Shown here: positions 1 to 8,613 of the stretch, in pieces
How positions within the stretch are numbered: position 1 is the first letter of the stretch
How the letters are laid out: each line of letters begins with the position of its first letter
Assembly (NCBI GenBank): GCA_963827685.1
Contig: CAWHBU010000001.1
Span: 288,001-352,000, forward strand
Origin: an uncultured delta proteobacterium
Lineage (GTDB): Bacteria; Desulfobacterota; BSN033; UBA1163
Length of the DNA stretch: 64,000 bases
Direction: 5' to 3'
Position numbers and translations under genes: made by a program
The notes under the pieces: model-generated
What the model saw: the letters and a program-made list of their open reading frames with translations, nothing else
Database searches by the model: none
Told to the model about the DNA's origin: nothing

Positions 1-64
1 TTTCGGTCATTCATGGTTGAAAATTGGAATTTGTTTGGGATTTGTGATTTGGAATTTGGCGTTT
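1..64. repeat. Right arm of a heptamer-period inverted-repeat element (same family as 41530-41665 and 45500-45660)
   Basis: TTTCGGTCATT followed by TTGGAAT/TTGGGAT/TTGTGAT-like units; the reverse complement of the core AATGACCGAAA occurs in the other two copies. Confidence 0.7.
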
Positions 65-88
65 AAACGGCTTCTTACCCTAACGCCT

Positions 89-976
89 ATGATTTTTCTC
101 GATGCACTCCTTCAAGGAATCCTGATGGGTCTTCTTTTTGCCTTGGTTGCTCTCGGTCTCACGATCATCTTTGGCATGATGGACATCGTCAACTTTGCCC
201 ACGGCGAGCTCCTGATGATCGGAATGTATACCACTTACTGGACAAGCCTCCTCCTCCACATCGATCCCCTGATTACCCTTCCCGCTTCTGCAATCGTCGG
301 AATGCTTCTTGGGTTGGTATCCTATTACTGTTTGGTAAAATATTTGCTCCGGGGCCCGATGATTGCTCAACTTTTTGGGACCTTTGGGTTAATGCTCTTC
401 TTAAGATATCTTGCCCAATTTCTCTTTGGCATCGATTACCGGATCGTACAAAAAGGGTTGCTCGTTGGAAAGACTCTTTCATTGGGCCCCTTCAGACTTG
501 ATTGGACGAAGCTCTCCGCAGCCATTCTCAGTCTTATTGCATTCCTTTTCGTCTACTTCCTTCTTCATCGAACCAAACTGGGAAAAGCCCTCCGCGCCAC
601 GGCACTCAACAAGGAAGCAGCCAATTACATGGGGATTAAAACCGATCGGATGAATGCCCTTGCCTGGGTGATTGGCGGAGGAACCGTCGGCATGGCTGGA
701 GGTTTAATCGTTAATTTCTGGTATGTCTATCCTACCGTAGGCCTCCTCTTCCTCATGATCGCCTTTGCATCGGTGGCCATGGGCGGATTCGGGAGTATTA
801 AGGGAGCTTTCTTCGCCGGAATCCTGATCGGGATCATTGAGATGTTATTCCCGATGTTTGGTTATTTGACCGGCTGGGATTTCTTTGGCCCCCAATTTAA
901 ATTCACTGTCGTCTATTTTGCCTACTTCATCATCGTTGTTTTGAGACCTCAGGGACTGTTTGGATGGAAAAAATAA
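89..976 (+). CDS. livH: Branched-chain amino acid ABC transporter permease (LivH-like)
   Basis: GLTIIFGMMDIVNFAHGE and RPQGLFG motifs; ATG at 89 preferred because the upstream in-frame extension is repeat sequence. Confidence 0.9.
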   Translation: MIFLDALLQGILMGLLFALVALGLTIIFGMMDIVNFAHGELLMIGMYTTYWTSLLLHIDPLITLPASAIVGMLLGLVSYYCLVKYLLRGPMIAQLFGTFGLMLFLRYLAQFLFGIDYRIVQKGLLVGKTLSLGPFRLDWTKLSAAILSLIAFLFVYFLLHRTKLGKALRATALNKEAANYMGIKTDRMNALAWVIGGGTVGMAGGLIVNFWYVYPTVGLLFLMIAFASVAMGGFGSIKGAFFAGILIGIIEMLFPMFGYLTGWDFFGPQFKFTVVYFAYFIIVVLRPQGLFGWKK

Positions 977-1962
977 GGGACGCCTTCGACTTCAGAGATT
1001 TCTCAAAACCGGAAAAGGTTGGCTTTGCCATTTTCACCCTTTTCCTTCTCGTCTTTCCCTGGCTCGGCGCTGGATCCTTTGTCAAGGCCGTCGCGATCCA
1101 GTTCCTCCTTTTCTCCCTCTTCGGGATGGGATGGAATACCATCGGTGGCTATGGGGGTCAGGTGGAGCTGGGCAAAGCTCAGTATGTTGGGATCGGAGCC
1201 TATACTGTAGCTCTGGCCATGGTATGGTGGAAGATTCCTTTCTGGGCTTCCATGCCCGTCGGCGTCCTCATTGCCATTGGATACTCCTTCATCATTGGGT
1301 ATCCTCTTTTCAGGTTGAAGGGCCATTACTTTGCCATTGCCACTATCTGCACCTCATTGGTGCTTCAAGACATTTTTATCAACTGGAAGCTGGTCGGAGC
1401 CGCAAAGGGGATAGAACTTCCCATTCACGAGCACCCTGATTTTCTTTATATGCAGTTTAAGTCGGATAATTATTATTTCTATTTCATCATGGCCCTCTTT
1501 TATACTGCCATTTTCTATATGAACTGGTTTCGAAAATCAAAGTTGGGCTATCAACTCCGGATGATCAAGGAGGATGAAGAGGCTGCAGAAAGCCTGGGAA
1601 TTGATGCCCGGTGGTGTAAGATCAAGGCCTACTCCATTGCCTCAGCTTTTGTTGCAGTGGGGGGCGGATTCATGGCTGTTTATAATCTCTACATCGATCC
1701 CTATTCTGTTATGGATCTGGACCTCTCAATTAAAATCGCCTTGATGGCCATGTTAGGAGGAGCGGGTTCGATGTGGGGACCCATCATCGGCTCAGGTTTT
1801 TTAGTCCCTCTTGACCGCTTTCTCGGAAGCTGGCTGGGTGCTCAGAAAGGTTTGATCGGAGTTGACTTTATGATTTACGCTGCGCTGATCATGGTTGTCT
1901 CTGCCTATCAACCTCGGGGAATCTGGGGCATCATTGAGCAGTTTCGAAAAAGAGGTGCATAG
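964..1962 (+). CDS. livM: Branched-chain amino acid ABC transporter permease (LivM-like)
   Basis: GGYGGQVELG, RLKGHYFAIAT and LGGAGSMWGP motifs; overlaps livH. Confidence 0.9.
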   Translation: MEKIRDAFDFRDFSKPEKVGFAIFTLFLLVFPWLGAGSFVKAVAIQFLLFSLFGMGWNTIGGYGGQVELGKAQYVGIGAYTVALAMVWWKIPFWASMPVGVLIAIGYSFIIGYPLFRLKGHYFAIATICTSLVLQDIFINWKLVGAAKGIELPIHEHPDFLYMQFKSDNYYFYFIMALFYTAIFYMNWFRKSKLGYQLRMIKEDEEAAESLGIDARWCKIKAYSIASAFVAVGGGFMAVYNLYIDPYSVMDLDLSIKIALMAMLGGAGSMWGPIIGSGFLVPLDRFLGSWLGAQKGLIGVDFMIYAALIMVVSAYQPRGIWGIIEQFRKRGA

Positions 1963-1963
1963 C

Positions 1964-2695
1964 GTGGCATTTCTTGAAGTGATCGATCTGGTCAAAGACT
2001 TTGGCGGTGTGGTGGCCAATAACCATATCTCCTTCCAAATCAATCAGGGTGAAATCATCGGTCTGATCGGTCCGAATGGCGCTGGAAAAACAACCCTTTT
2101 CAACTGCATCGTCGGTTATCACAAGCCCGATTCCGGAAAGGTGATCTTCAAAGGAAAGGAGATCACAGGATTCAAGCCGTTCATGACCAATCGGGAGGGA
2201 ATTGGGAGGACCTTTCAGCTCACAAAGGTAACCACAGGAATGACAGTCCTTGAGAATGTGATGGTCGGTGCCTTTTGCAGGACTGACGACCGCTATCTTG
2301 CAAAAGTGGAGGCGGCTGCCCTCCTGGGCTTTCTGGGATTGGATAGTGTGAGGGCCTATCATCTTAACGAATTGCCTGTCGCCAGCCAGAAGAGGACAGG
2401 ATTGGCGAGGGCCTTGGCGACCCAACCAGAACTCTTGATGTTGGATGAAGTGGCCTCCGGCCTCAACCCTAAAGAAACTGAAGAGATGGTGGATCTTTTG
2501 AAAAAGATCCACAAAGAAAAGAAGATGACCCTCTTTCTCATCGAGCATGTCATGGAGGTGGTGATGCCCATCTCCCAAAGAGTCATCGTTCTCGATGGTG
2601 GCGAAAAAATTGCTGAAGGATTGCCGAAGGATATTGTGAAGAATGAACGGGTGATCAAAGCCTATCTGGGGGAGAAGTATGCTAAAGGTCTCTGA
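1964..2695 (+). CDS. livG: ABC transporter ATP-binding protein (LivG-like)
   Basis: Walker A GPNGAGKTT, LMLDE, C-terminal VIKAYLG; GTG start at 1964. Confidence 0.9.
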   Translation: MAFLEVIDLVKDFGGVVANNHISFQINQGEIIGLIGPNGAGKTTLFNCIVGYHKPDSGKVIFKGKEITGFKPFMTNREGIGRTFQLTKVTTGMTVLENVMVGAFCRTDDRYLAKVEAAALLGFLGLDSVRAYHLNELPVASQKRTGLARALATQPELLMLDEVASGLNPKETEEMVDLLKKIHKEKKMTLFLIEHVMEVVMPISQRVIVLDGGEKIAEGLPKDIVKNERVIKAYLGEKYAKGL

Positions 2696-3383
2696 GATTG
2701 AAGTTCGATACAGTGGCGTCCCCGTCATTCACAATGTTTCCCTTGAAGTGAACCAGGGAGAACTGGTCTCTGTGGTGGGTGCAAACGGTGCAGGGAAATC
2801 AACGCTGCTTAAGACGATCGCTGGTGCCCTCCATCCCTCCAAAGGTTCAATCCAGTTTGAGAATCAAGAGATCTCTCACCTTTCCACAGCCGATATTGTT
2901 GGGATGGGAATCACCTATGTGCCCGAGGCGCGTTTAATTTTCGGACCCCTCACGGTACAGGAAAATCTGGAATTGGGAGCCTATGTCCTCGATGATGATG
3001 AGGCGGTGAAAAAGAATTTGGAATATGTTTATCATCTCTTCCCCCGACTGGCTGAGAGACGTCTCCAGCAAGGAGGGACCCTCAGCGGCGGAGAACAACA
3101 GATGCTCGCCATTGGAAGGGGATTGATGTCCAATCCGAACCTTCTCATGCTCGACGAGCCCTCGTTAGGTTTGATGCCAAAACTTGTGGATGAGATGCTG
3201 GAGGCCGTGGCCAAATTGAAAGAGTCAGGGAAGACGATTCTCCTCGTGGAACAAAATGTTCGGGAATCCCTCGAATTGTCCGACCGCGGCTATGTCCTTC
3301 AAACCGGAAGAACCATCCACCAGGGAACGGGAAAAGAACTCCTCAACGCCGAAGTGATCAAGAAAGCCTTCCTGGGGTTGTAA
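2679..3383 (+). CDS. livF: ABC transporter ATP-binding protein (LivF-like)
   Basis: GANGAGKST, LSGGEQQMLAIGR, LDEPSLGL. Confidence 0.92.
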   Translation: MLKVSEIEVRYSGVPVIHNVSLEVNQGELVSVVGANGAGKSTLLKTIAGALHPSKGSIQFENQEISHLSTADIVGMGITYVPEARLIFGPLTVQENLELGAYVLDDDEAVKKNLEYVYHLFPRLAERRLQQGGTLSGGEQQMLAIGRGLMSNPNLLMLDEPSLGLMPKLVDEMLEAVAKLKESGKTILLVEQNVRESLELSDRGYVLQTGRTIHQGTGKELLNAEVIKKAFLGL

Positions 3384-3425
3384 CCTTTTACCTACGTCTC
3401 TAAGTCCAAAATCTGTTTAGATATT

Positions 3426-3505
3426 TTCTCCCCTCCCCTGGCGCCTGCCTGCGCGAAGCCCCGCCTTCCGGGACGAAGGCAGGGGAGAGAATTAAGGTGA
3501 GGGGG
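3426..3505. repeat. CCCTCCCC/GGGAGAG REP-like palindrome interrupted by a 40-bp CCTGCC...GGCAGG hairpin (3444-3483)
   Basis: Removing 3444-3483 restores cccctggcgggagagaattaagg, which matches the uninterrupted copy near 56970. Confidence 0.8.
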
Positions 3506-3583
3506 TAAGCGAAGTGAATGGTTGACTTTTCAAATGCCCGCTGTAGAATGTGCTAAAACACAAACATAAAGGAGGGCCCGACT

Positions 3584-3982
3584 ATGACAAAAGCAAGAAA
3601 AGTAAAAGAGATCAGTTTTACCATGCCGAATAAGGTTGGATTGCTTTCAGAGGTGACCACGGCTGTCGCTAAGGCAAAGGTGAATATTACCGCCCTATGC
3701 GCCTATGCGATGGAAAACAGTGCCTATTTTATGCTTACTGCTGACAGCAATGCAAAAGCCAAGAAGGCCCTCTCACTATTGGGGGTCACGATTGAAGAAA
3801 GGGATGTGGTTGAGGTAGAAATGCCCAACAAGCCTGGAGAATTACAGAAGGTTGCAAAAAAGATCGCCGATGCAGGCATTGATATCGAGTATATGTATGG
3901 GACAGCTGGAAAGGGTAAAACCCCAAGCTGTGTTTTTAAGACGGCCGATGATCAGAAGACGATCAAGATAATCAATAAATAG
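3584..3982 (+). CDS. Tandem ACT-domain protein
   Basis: Two ACT repeats (PNKVGLL..., PNKPGEL...AGIDIEYMY); GGAGG RBS; TTGACT-16-TAGAAT promoter at 3522-3549. Confidence 0.85.
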   Translation: MTKARKVKEISFTMPNKVGLLSEVTTAVAKAKVNITALCAYAMENSAYFMLTADSNAKAKKALSLLGVTIEERDVVEVEMPNKPGELQKVAKKIADAGIDIEYMYGTAGKGKTPSCVFKTADDQKTIKIINK

Positions 3983-4053
3983 AATTATTTAATATTGGAA
4001 GACTTGGGATCATGTGTGTCCACGCTGTTGAAAAACTTAAAAAGACTCACTAT

Positions 4054-4163
4054 GTCATGTTTCTGAACCTTGTACTGAACTTGATTCAGTATCGGTTCAG
4101 CATCTGATGGAATCAATGTGTTAGAGACCCCTGAAATTGATTCAGGGCATGGTTCAGGATGAC
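4054..4163. repeat. GTCAT...ATGAC compound palindromic repeat
   Basis: gtcatgtttctgaacc...ggttcagcatct and cctgaaattgattcaggg...ggttcaggatgac, with internal hairpins. Confidence 0.7.
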
Positions 4164-4191
4164 AAAATAGGACTTATTACAAAACCATCTA

Positions 4192-5247
4192 ATGAAAACA
4201 ATTGTACCTAAAACCCTATTGAAGGATCTGCGAGAGTTGATTGCAGCGGCGCAAAAGGATGTGGCGCGGGAGGTCAACTCCGCGCTGGTGCTGCTCTACT
4301 GGCGCATTGGCCAGCGCATCCGGCAGGACATCCTGAAAGAGAAACGGGCGGAATATGGGGAGCAGATTTTGCCGACGCTGTCGGCAGGATTGATGAAGGA
4401 GTTCGGTACGGGATTCACGGCGCGGAATCTCGCCAACATGGTTCGATTCGCCGAGGTATTCCCAGAAGAAAAGATTTTGCACACACTGTGTGCAAAATTG
4501 AGCTGGAGTCATTTCCGTTTGATCATTTACCTTGATGACGATCTCAAACGGGATTTCTATGCCGAGATGTGCCGGATCGAAGGATGGAGTGTTCGCATGC
4601 TCGAAAAGAAAATCAGCGGTATGTTGTTTGAGCGCACGGCATTGTCAAAGAAGCCTGAAAAGCTCATCCGCGAAGAACTTGATACCCTTCGCACCGAAGA
4701 CAAACTTACGCCGGACCTGGTCTTTCGTGATCCGTATTTTCTTGACTTCCTGGGTTTGAAGGATCGTTACCTCGAAAAGGACATCGAGGATGCGATCATG
4801 CGGGAGATGGAAAACTTTATCCTGGAGCTGGGTGTTGGCTTCACCTTCGTCGCGCGCCAAAAACGTATCCAGGTGGACAATGACGACTATTACCTCGATC
4901 TACTATTCTACCATCGTGGGCTTAAGCGGTTGGTGGCGATAGATCTTAAGCTCGGTGATTTCCGCCCCGCAGACAAGGGGCAGATGGAACTCTATCTGCG
5001 CTGGTTAGCCAAATATGAGCAAAAGCCCGATGAACAAGCGCCAATTGGACTGATTCTGTGTGCGGGAAAGAAGAAGGAAACTGTAGAATTGCTGGAACTC
5101 GAGAAGAGCGGCATACGCGTGGCACCGTATTGGACTAAGGTTCTGCCGCGGGAACTGCTACAGAAGAAACTGCATGAGGCCATTCAGCATGCCCGCGCCC
5201 GGTTGGTGGAAAAAGAACAGTCGAACGGAAAGAAACTGCTGTCATGA
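4192..5247 (+). CDS. DUF1016/YhcG-family PD-(D/E)XK nuclease-domain protein
   Basis: LYWRIG, LSWSH, FRDPYFLDFL, ELGVGFTFVARQ, DLLFYHR, GQMELYL, PIGLILC. Confidence 0.92.
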   Translation: MKTIVPKTLLKDLRELIAAAQKDVAREVNSALVLLYWRIGQRIRQDILKEKRAEYGEQILPTLSAGLMKEFGTGFTARNLANMVRFAEVFPEEKILHTLCAKLSWSHFRLIIYLDDDLKRDFYAEMCRIEGWSVRMLEKKISGMLFERTALSKKPEKLIREELDTLRTEDKLTPDLVFRDPYFLDFLGLKDRYLEKDIEDAIMREMENFILELGVGFTFVARQKRIQVDNDDYYLDLLFYHRGLKRLVAIDLKLGDFRPADKGQMELYLRWLAKYEQKPDEQAPIGLILCAGKKKETVELLELEKSGIRVAPYWTKVLPRELLQKKLHEAIQHARARLVEKEQSNGKKLLS

Positions 5248-6032
5248 ATGTCCAACAACTCACTGCCAAAAAAATCCGTAGTCTCATTCGAAAAGGGAAA
5301 TGGGATAAACCCACGGCAGGGTTGGCCATGGGTTATGCTCAGGCTAATCTGGTCATCCTCCCGCAGAAATATGCCTTCGACTTTCTCCTCTTCTGTCAGA
5401 GAAATCCAAAGCCCTGTCCCCTGCTTGAAGTCTTAGAGCCAGGGGAATTCATGACGAAGTTTTTGTCTCTGGATGCCGATATCAGAACGGATATTCCTCG
5501 TTACAACGTTTACCGAAAAGGAAAACTATGGAACACTGTCAAAGAAATCAAAACTTTTTGGGAGCCTGACTTGGTCAGCTTTCTTTTAGGTTGCAGTTTT
5601 TCTTTTGAAGAAGCAATGCTCCGGTCGAAAATCCCTATCCGCCATATCGAAGAGAATAAAAATGTCTCGATGTATATCACCCATATTCCCTGCAAGCCTG
5701 CTGGATTTTTTCATGGGCCAATGGTCGTTACGATGAGACCGATTCTACCAGATCAAGTTACCCGGGCGGTACAGATCACTTCACGTTACGCATTGGTGCA
5801 CGGCGCGCCCATTCATATCGGTGATCCTTCAACGATTGGCATTAAAGATCTGAAAAAACCTGATTTTGGAGATCCAGTGACCATTAAGAAGGGAGAAGTC
5901 CCGGTATTTTGGGCTTGCGGTGTGACGCCACAAGCTGTTGTGATGAAGGCCAAACCTGAGCTCTGTATCACTCATGCACCTGGCCACATGTTTATCTCAG
6001 ACTTGCTGAATGAAGAATTAGCCCTCCTCTGA
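5244..6032 (+). CDS. DUF1445 putative hydro-lyase (D-glutamate cyclase family)
   Basis: QANLVILP, FCQRNPKPCPLL, GCSFSFE, FWACGVTPQ, THAPGHM. Confidence 0.9.
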   Translation: MNVQQLTAKKIRSLIRKGKWDKPTAGLAMGYAQANLVILPQKYAFDFLLFCQRNPKPCPLLEVLEPGEFMTKFLSLDADIRTDIPRYNVYRKGKLWNTVKEIKTFWEPDLVSFLLGCSFSFEEAMLRSKIPIRHIEENKNVSMYITHIPCKPAGFFHGPMVVTMRPILPDQVTRAVQITSRYALVHGAPIHIGDPSTIGIKDLKKPDFGDPVTIKKGEVPVFWACGVTPQAVVMKAKPELCITHAPGHMFISDLLNEELALL

Positions 6033-6371
6033 TTCATTCATCGACTTCGAAGCCGTCTCTTCTTCCATCGCCTCATCCACCATCTGGTCTACATCATCCC
6101 CCATATCTTCTCCCATCTCCTTGCCCATCCGTTTCATCCATCTGGCCATGCTCTTCGGATCCTTCTCGTCCAGGCCGCCCCATTTCGATGGGTCAGCCAA
6201 GCTTTCCATTCTGCTTTCTTCCGAGCGGACCACTCTCACCCTGGAGAGGACACGGGACATTTTTTTACTTTTACATCGTTTGCATTGAGGGATAAAGGTC
6301 TCGTCGGTTTTGATCAGCAGGAATTCAGAGATCTTCCCACAATCATCACAACGATACTCGTAGATTGGCAT
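6018..6371 (-). CDS. FmdB-family zinc-ribbon protein
   Basis: MPIYEYRCDDCG...CKRC. Confidence 0.88.
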   Translation of the reverse strand: MPIYEYRCDDCGKISEFLLIKTDETFIPQCKRCKSKKMSRVLSRVRVVRSEESRMESLADPSKWGGLDEKDPKSMARWMKRMGKEMGEDMGDDVDQMVDEAMEEETASKSMNESEEG

Positions 6372-6385
6372 GTCACTCCCCCCCA

Positions 6386-7570
6386 CTATCCTCTCCCTGC
6401 AGGAGAGAGAAGTTTTTGAGGTTTTTTTCTAACGGCAAAATAGAAATAGACGAAATTGATGATACCCGTGAGAGATAGACATAAAAACATGATAGTATAG
6501 TTGGTTAACTGAAGGATAATGCCCATGATCACTGCCCCCATGCCCGCCCCTAAGTCAGTAAGCGCCGTAAAGGTACCCATCGCCGGTCCTCGAGTGGAAC
6601 CCGCACGGTCAATCGTATAGGCCAACAAGGAAGGATAAAGAAAGGCACTCCCAATTCCCCATATGATTGCAACAAGAATAAACATCGGTAAGGTACTGGA
6701 GAAGGCGAGGATTGGCATCGAAACGATAAGATTGAAGAGACAGGGCAAGATCACCTTTTCTCTGGAATAGGTATCCAATATCTTTCCACCCAAACCACGG
6801 ACCAAAATGAGCGTGATGGCAAAAGCAGCGAAGAAAAGGCCCGGGTTATCAACTCCTTTCTTCAGGGCATACAGAGGGAAGAAAGCAGTCATGGCCCCCC
6901 AGGTAATAGTGATTAAGGAAGCAATGATGGCAGGTGGAAGTGCTTCCAGACTTAAGAAAGGTTGTTTCTGGGAAAATAGATTTGCTGTTGGAAGACCTTG
7001 AATCTTTTCCAATTTGAGGGTGATGAATAGGCAGCATAAAGACAGACCGGTGCAGACCATGAAGAGGAACTTAAAGTTAAAGGGGAAGTCAAACCGGTTG
7101 ATGAGGAGCATTCCAAAGTAGGGGGCCAAAGCAAAAGCAAAATTGATAGATAAATAGAAGTAACTGATGATTTGCCCACGATTGGTTTCAGGGGTAATAT
7201 TGGCGAGCAGGGTGAAAGAGGCCGTTGAGAAGAAGGCCAATCCGACACCCTGAAAGATCCTTACGGCCAATAGGGGCCAGAAAGGGGGTGCAAAGAGATA
7301 GGCAACGGATGACGAGGCATAGAAGAGGGTTCCAGCAATCATGAAGCTTCTTTCAGGAATTTTGAGAAGGGCTTTTCCCACGATAGGCCTGAAGACTAAA
7401 GAGGAGACACTAAAGGCTCCGACAATAACACCAATCTCTGCTTCCTTGGCTCCCATTCTTGAAAGGTAGATCGGAAGGGTCGGAATGAGAATGTAGAAAA
7501 CGGATGAGAAAGTGAATTGGGCAAAGAAACAGAGAACAAAATCGCGGGTCAATATCTTCTGCGTCGGCAT
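6386..7570 (-). CDS. MFS transporter
   Basis: About 12 hydrophobic segments; MFS-like RIFQGVG and RGPAMG motifs. Confidence 0.88.
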   Translation of the reverse strand: MPTQKILTRDFVLCFFAQFTFSSVFYILIPTLPIYLSRMGAKEAEIGVIVGAFSVSSLVFRPIVGKALLKIPERSFMIAGTLFYASSSVAYLFAPPFWPLLAVRIFQGVGLAFFSTASFTLLANITPETNRGQIISYFYLSINFAFALAPYFGMLLINRFDFPFNFKFLFMVCTGLSLCCLFITLKLEKIQGLPTANLFSQKQPFLSLEALPPAIIASLITITWGAMTAFFPLYALKKGVDNPGLFFAAFAITLILVRGLGGKILDTYSREKVILPCLFNLIVSMPILAFSSTLPMFILVAIIWGIGSAFLYPSLLAYTIDRAGSTRGPAMGTFTALTDLGAGMGAVIMGIILQLTNYTIMFLCLSLTGIINFVYFYFAVRKKPQKLLSPAGRG

Positions 7571-7640
7571 CTCTCGTCTTGAGCTATTTTAAATTTTTCC
7601 TCTCCCTTTTGTAAAGGGATTTAAAGTTTCTTCCTGATGA

Positions 7641-7710
7641 GTGAAGCTCCCCGCCCATCCCGTCAGGACGGGACAGGCACGGCGGGGCTTGCGGGGCACG
7701 TTCCGGTCAA
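7641..7710. mobile_element. IS200/IS605-end-like hairpin (GAAGCTCCCCGCC...GGCGGGGCTT) with a nested 22-bp hairpin at 7656-7677
   Basis: Similar to 54330-54360; no transposase gene. Confidence 0.55.
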
Positions 7711-7791
7711 ATTCGGATTGACATCGACTTAATTTCTATTAATAATCCATTCAAGGCAGAAAAAAATAATAGATCGGAAGGAGGCTCATTC

Positions 7792-8079
7792 ATGGCAAAT
7801 CCAGAGAAGGTAATCTTAAAAATTGTTTCCGTCAAAGGGACCTGCGCAGCAGGCCATCATGTGGGCCAGGAATTTGATCTGAGCAAAGACTTTCTTTTGG
7901 GACTATCCGGAGATCCCCAGGCCATTTGTCCCTCAGCATTTCATGCCATCTTTCCCTCGTGGCGGGTGCTTCGGCATGGCGGAGAATTCCCCTGGGAAAA
8001 GGATCGAGACGAGACCACCATTGCCTGCCCCGATCCGTTCAATCCCGTGGTGATGGAACTCCGAAGGGTAAAAGAGTAG
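7792..8079 (+). CDS. TIGR04076-family protein
   Basis: GTCAAGHHVG, ICPSAF, CPDPFNPVV; GGAGG RBS. Confidence 0.8.
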   Translation: MANPEKVILKIVSVKGTCAAGHHVGQEFDLSKDFLLGLSGDPQAICPSAFHAIFPSWRVLRHGGEFPWEKDRDETTIACPDPFNPVVMELRRVKE

Positions 8080-8214
8080 GTCACTGAAAATTCACATTGA
8101 ACCATTTGTCCAAAATCATCAAACTGCTTCGAAATGATAAGAAGGGACTATGCCTATGGAATACACACCTCTTTTACCCCAATTGACCCAAAACGATTCG
8201 GCAAATCCTTTCTG

Positions 8215-8283
8215 ACTCCCCTTTACTAAAGGGGAGAACTTGTTGTCATCCCCCTTTATGAAAGGGGGATTGAGGGGGATTTT
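8215..8283. repeat. CCCCTTT-N-AAAGGGG palindrome pair (family also at 17656-17702, 19628-19667, 62909-62938)
   Basis: cccctttactaaagggg and ccccctttatgaaagggggattgagggggattt. Confidence 0.75.
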
Positions 8284-8448
8284 CACAGAGCGTTCAGCAT
8301 GCTCTCTAATGGTTGCATCCTTAGGGAAACATTTCAATGACGGAATTGTTTCTTTCGCTCAATTGGGGTTTTATTGTGTTTATTTGATTAACCCCAGAAA
8401 CTCAATGAACAAAAAAGTCTTGAACTTCTTTTGGGTATCTTTTATAAA

Positions 8449-8592
8449 GTGTTCACCCGTTCGGCCGCGCGAAGCCCCGCCTTTGAAGGCGGGCTAACGA
8501 AGCGCAGCTCAGGGTGAACCTTGAACCCCTCGGCCTGAGCTCGGGTCGAAGGCGAGTCCCGGCCTTCAAGTCGGGGAGTCGAAAGGTTCACC
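8449..8592. repeat. Multi-layer nested palindromic repeat (GTTCACC...GGTGAAC...GGTTCACC scaffold)
   Basis: Scaffold interrupted by gaagccccgcctttgaaggcggg, tcggcctgagctcgggtcgaa and cccggccttcaagtcgggg hairpins. Confidence 0.65.
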
Positions 8593-8613
8593 TTCCAAAA
8601 GAAAGGATAACCC

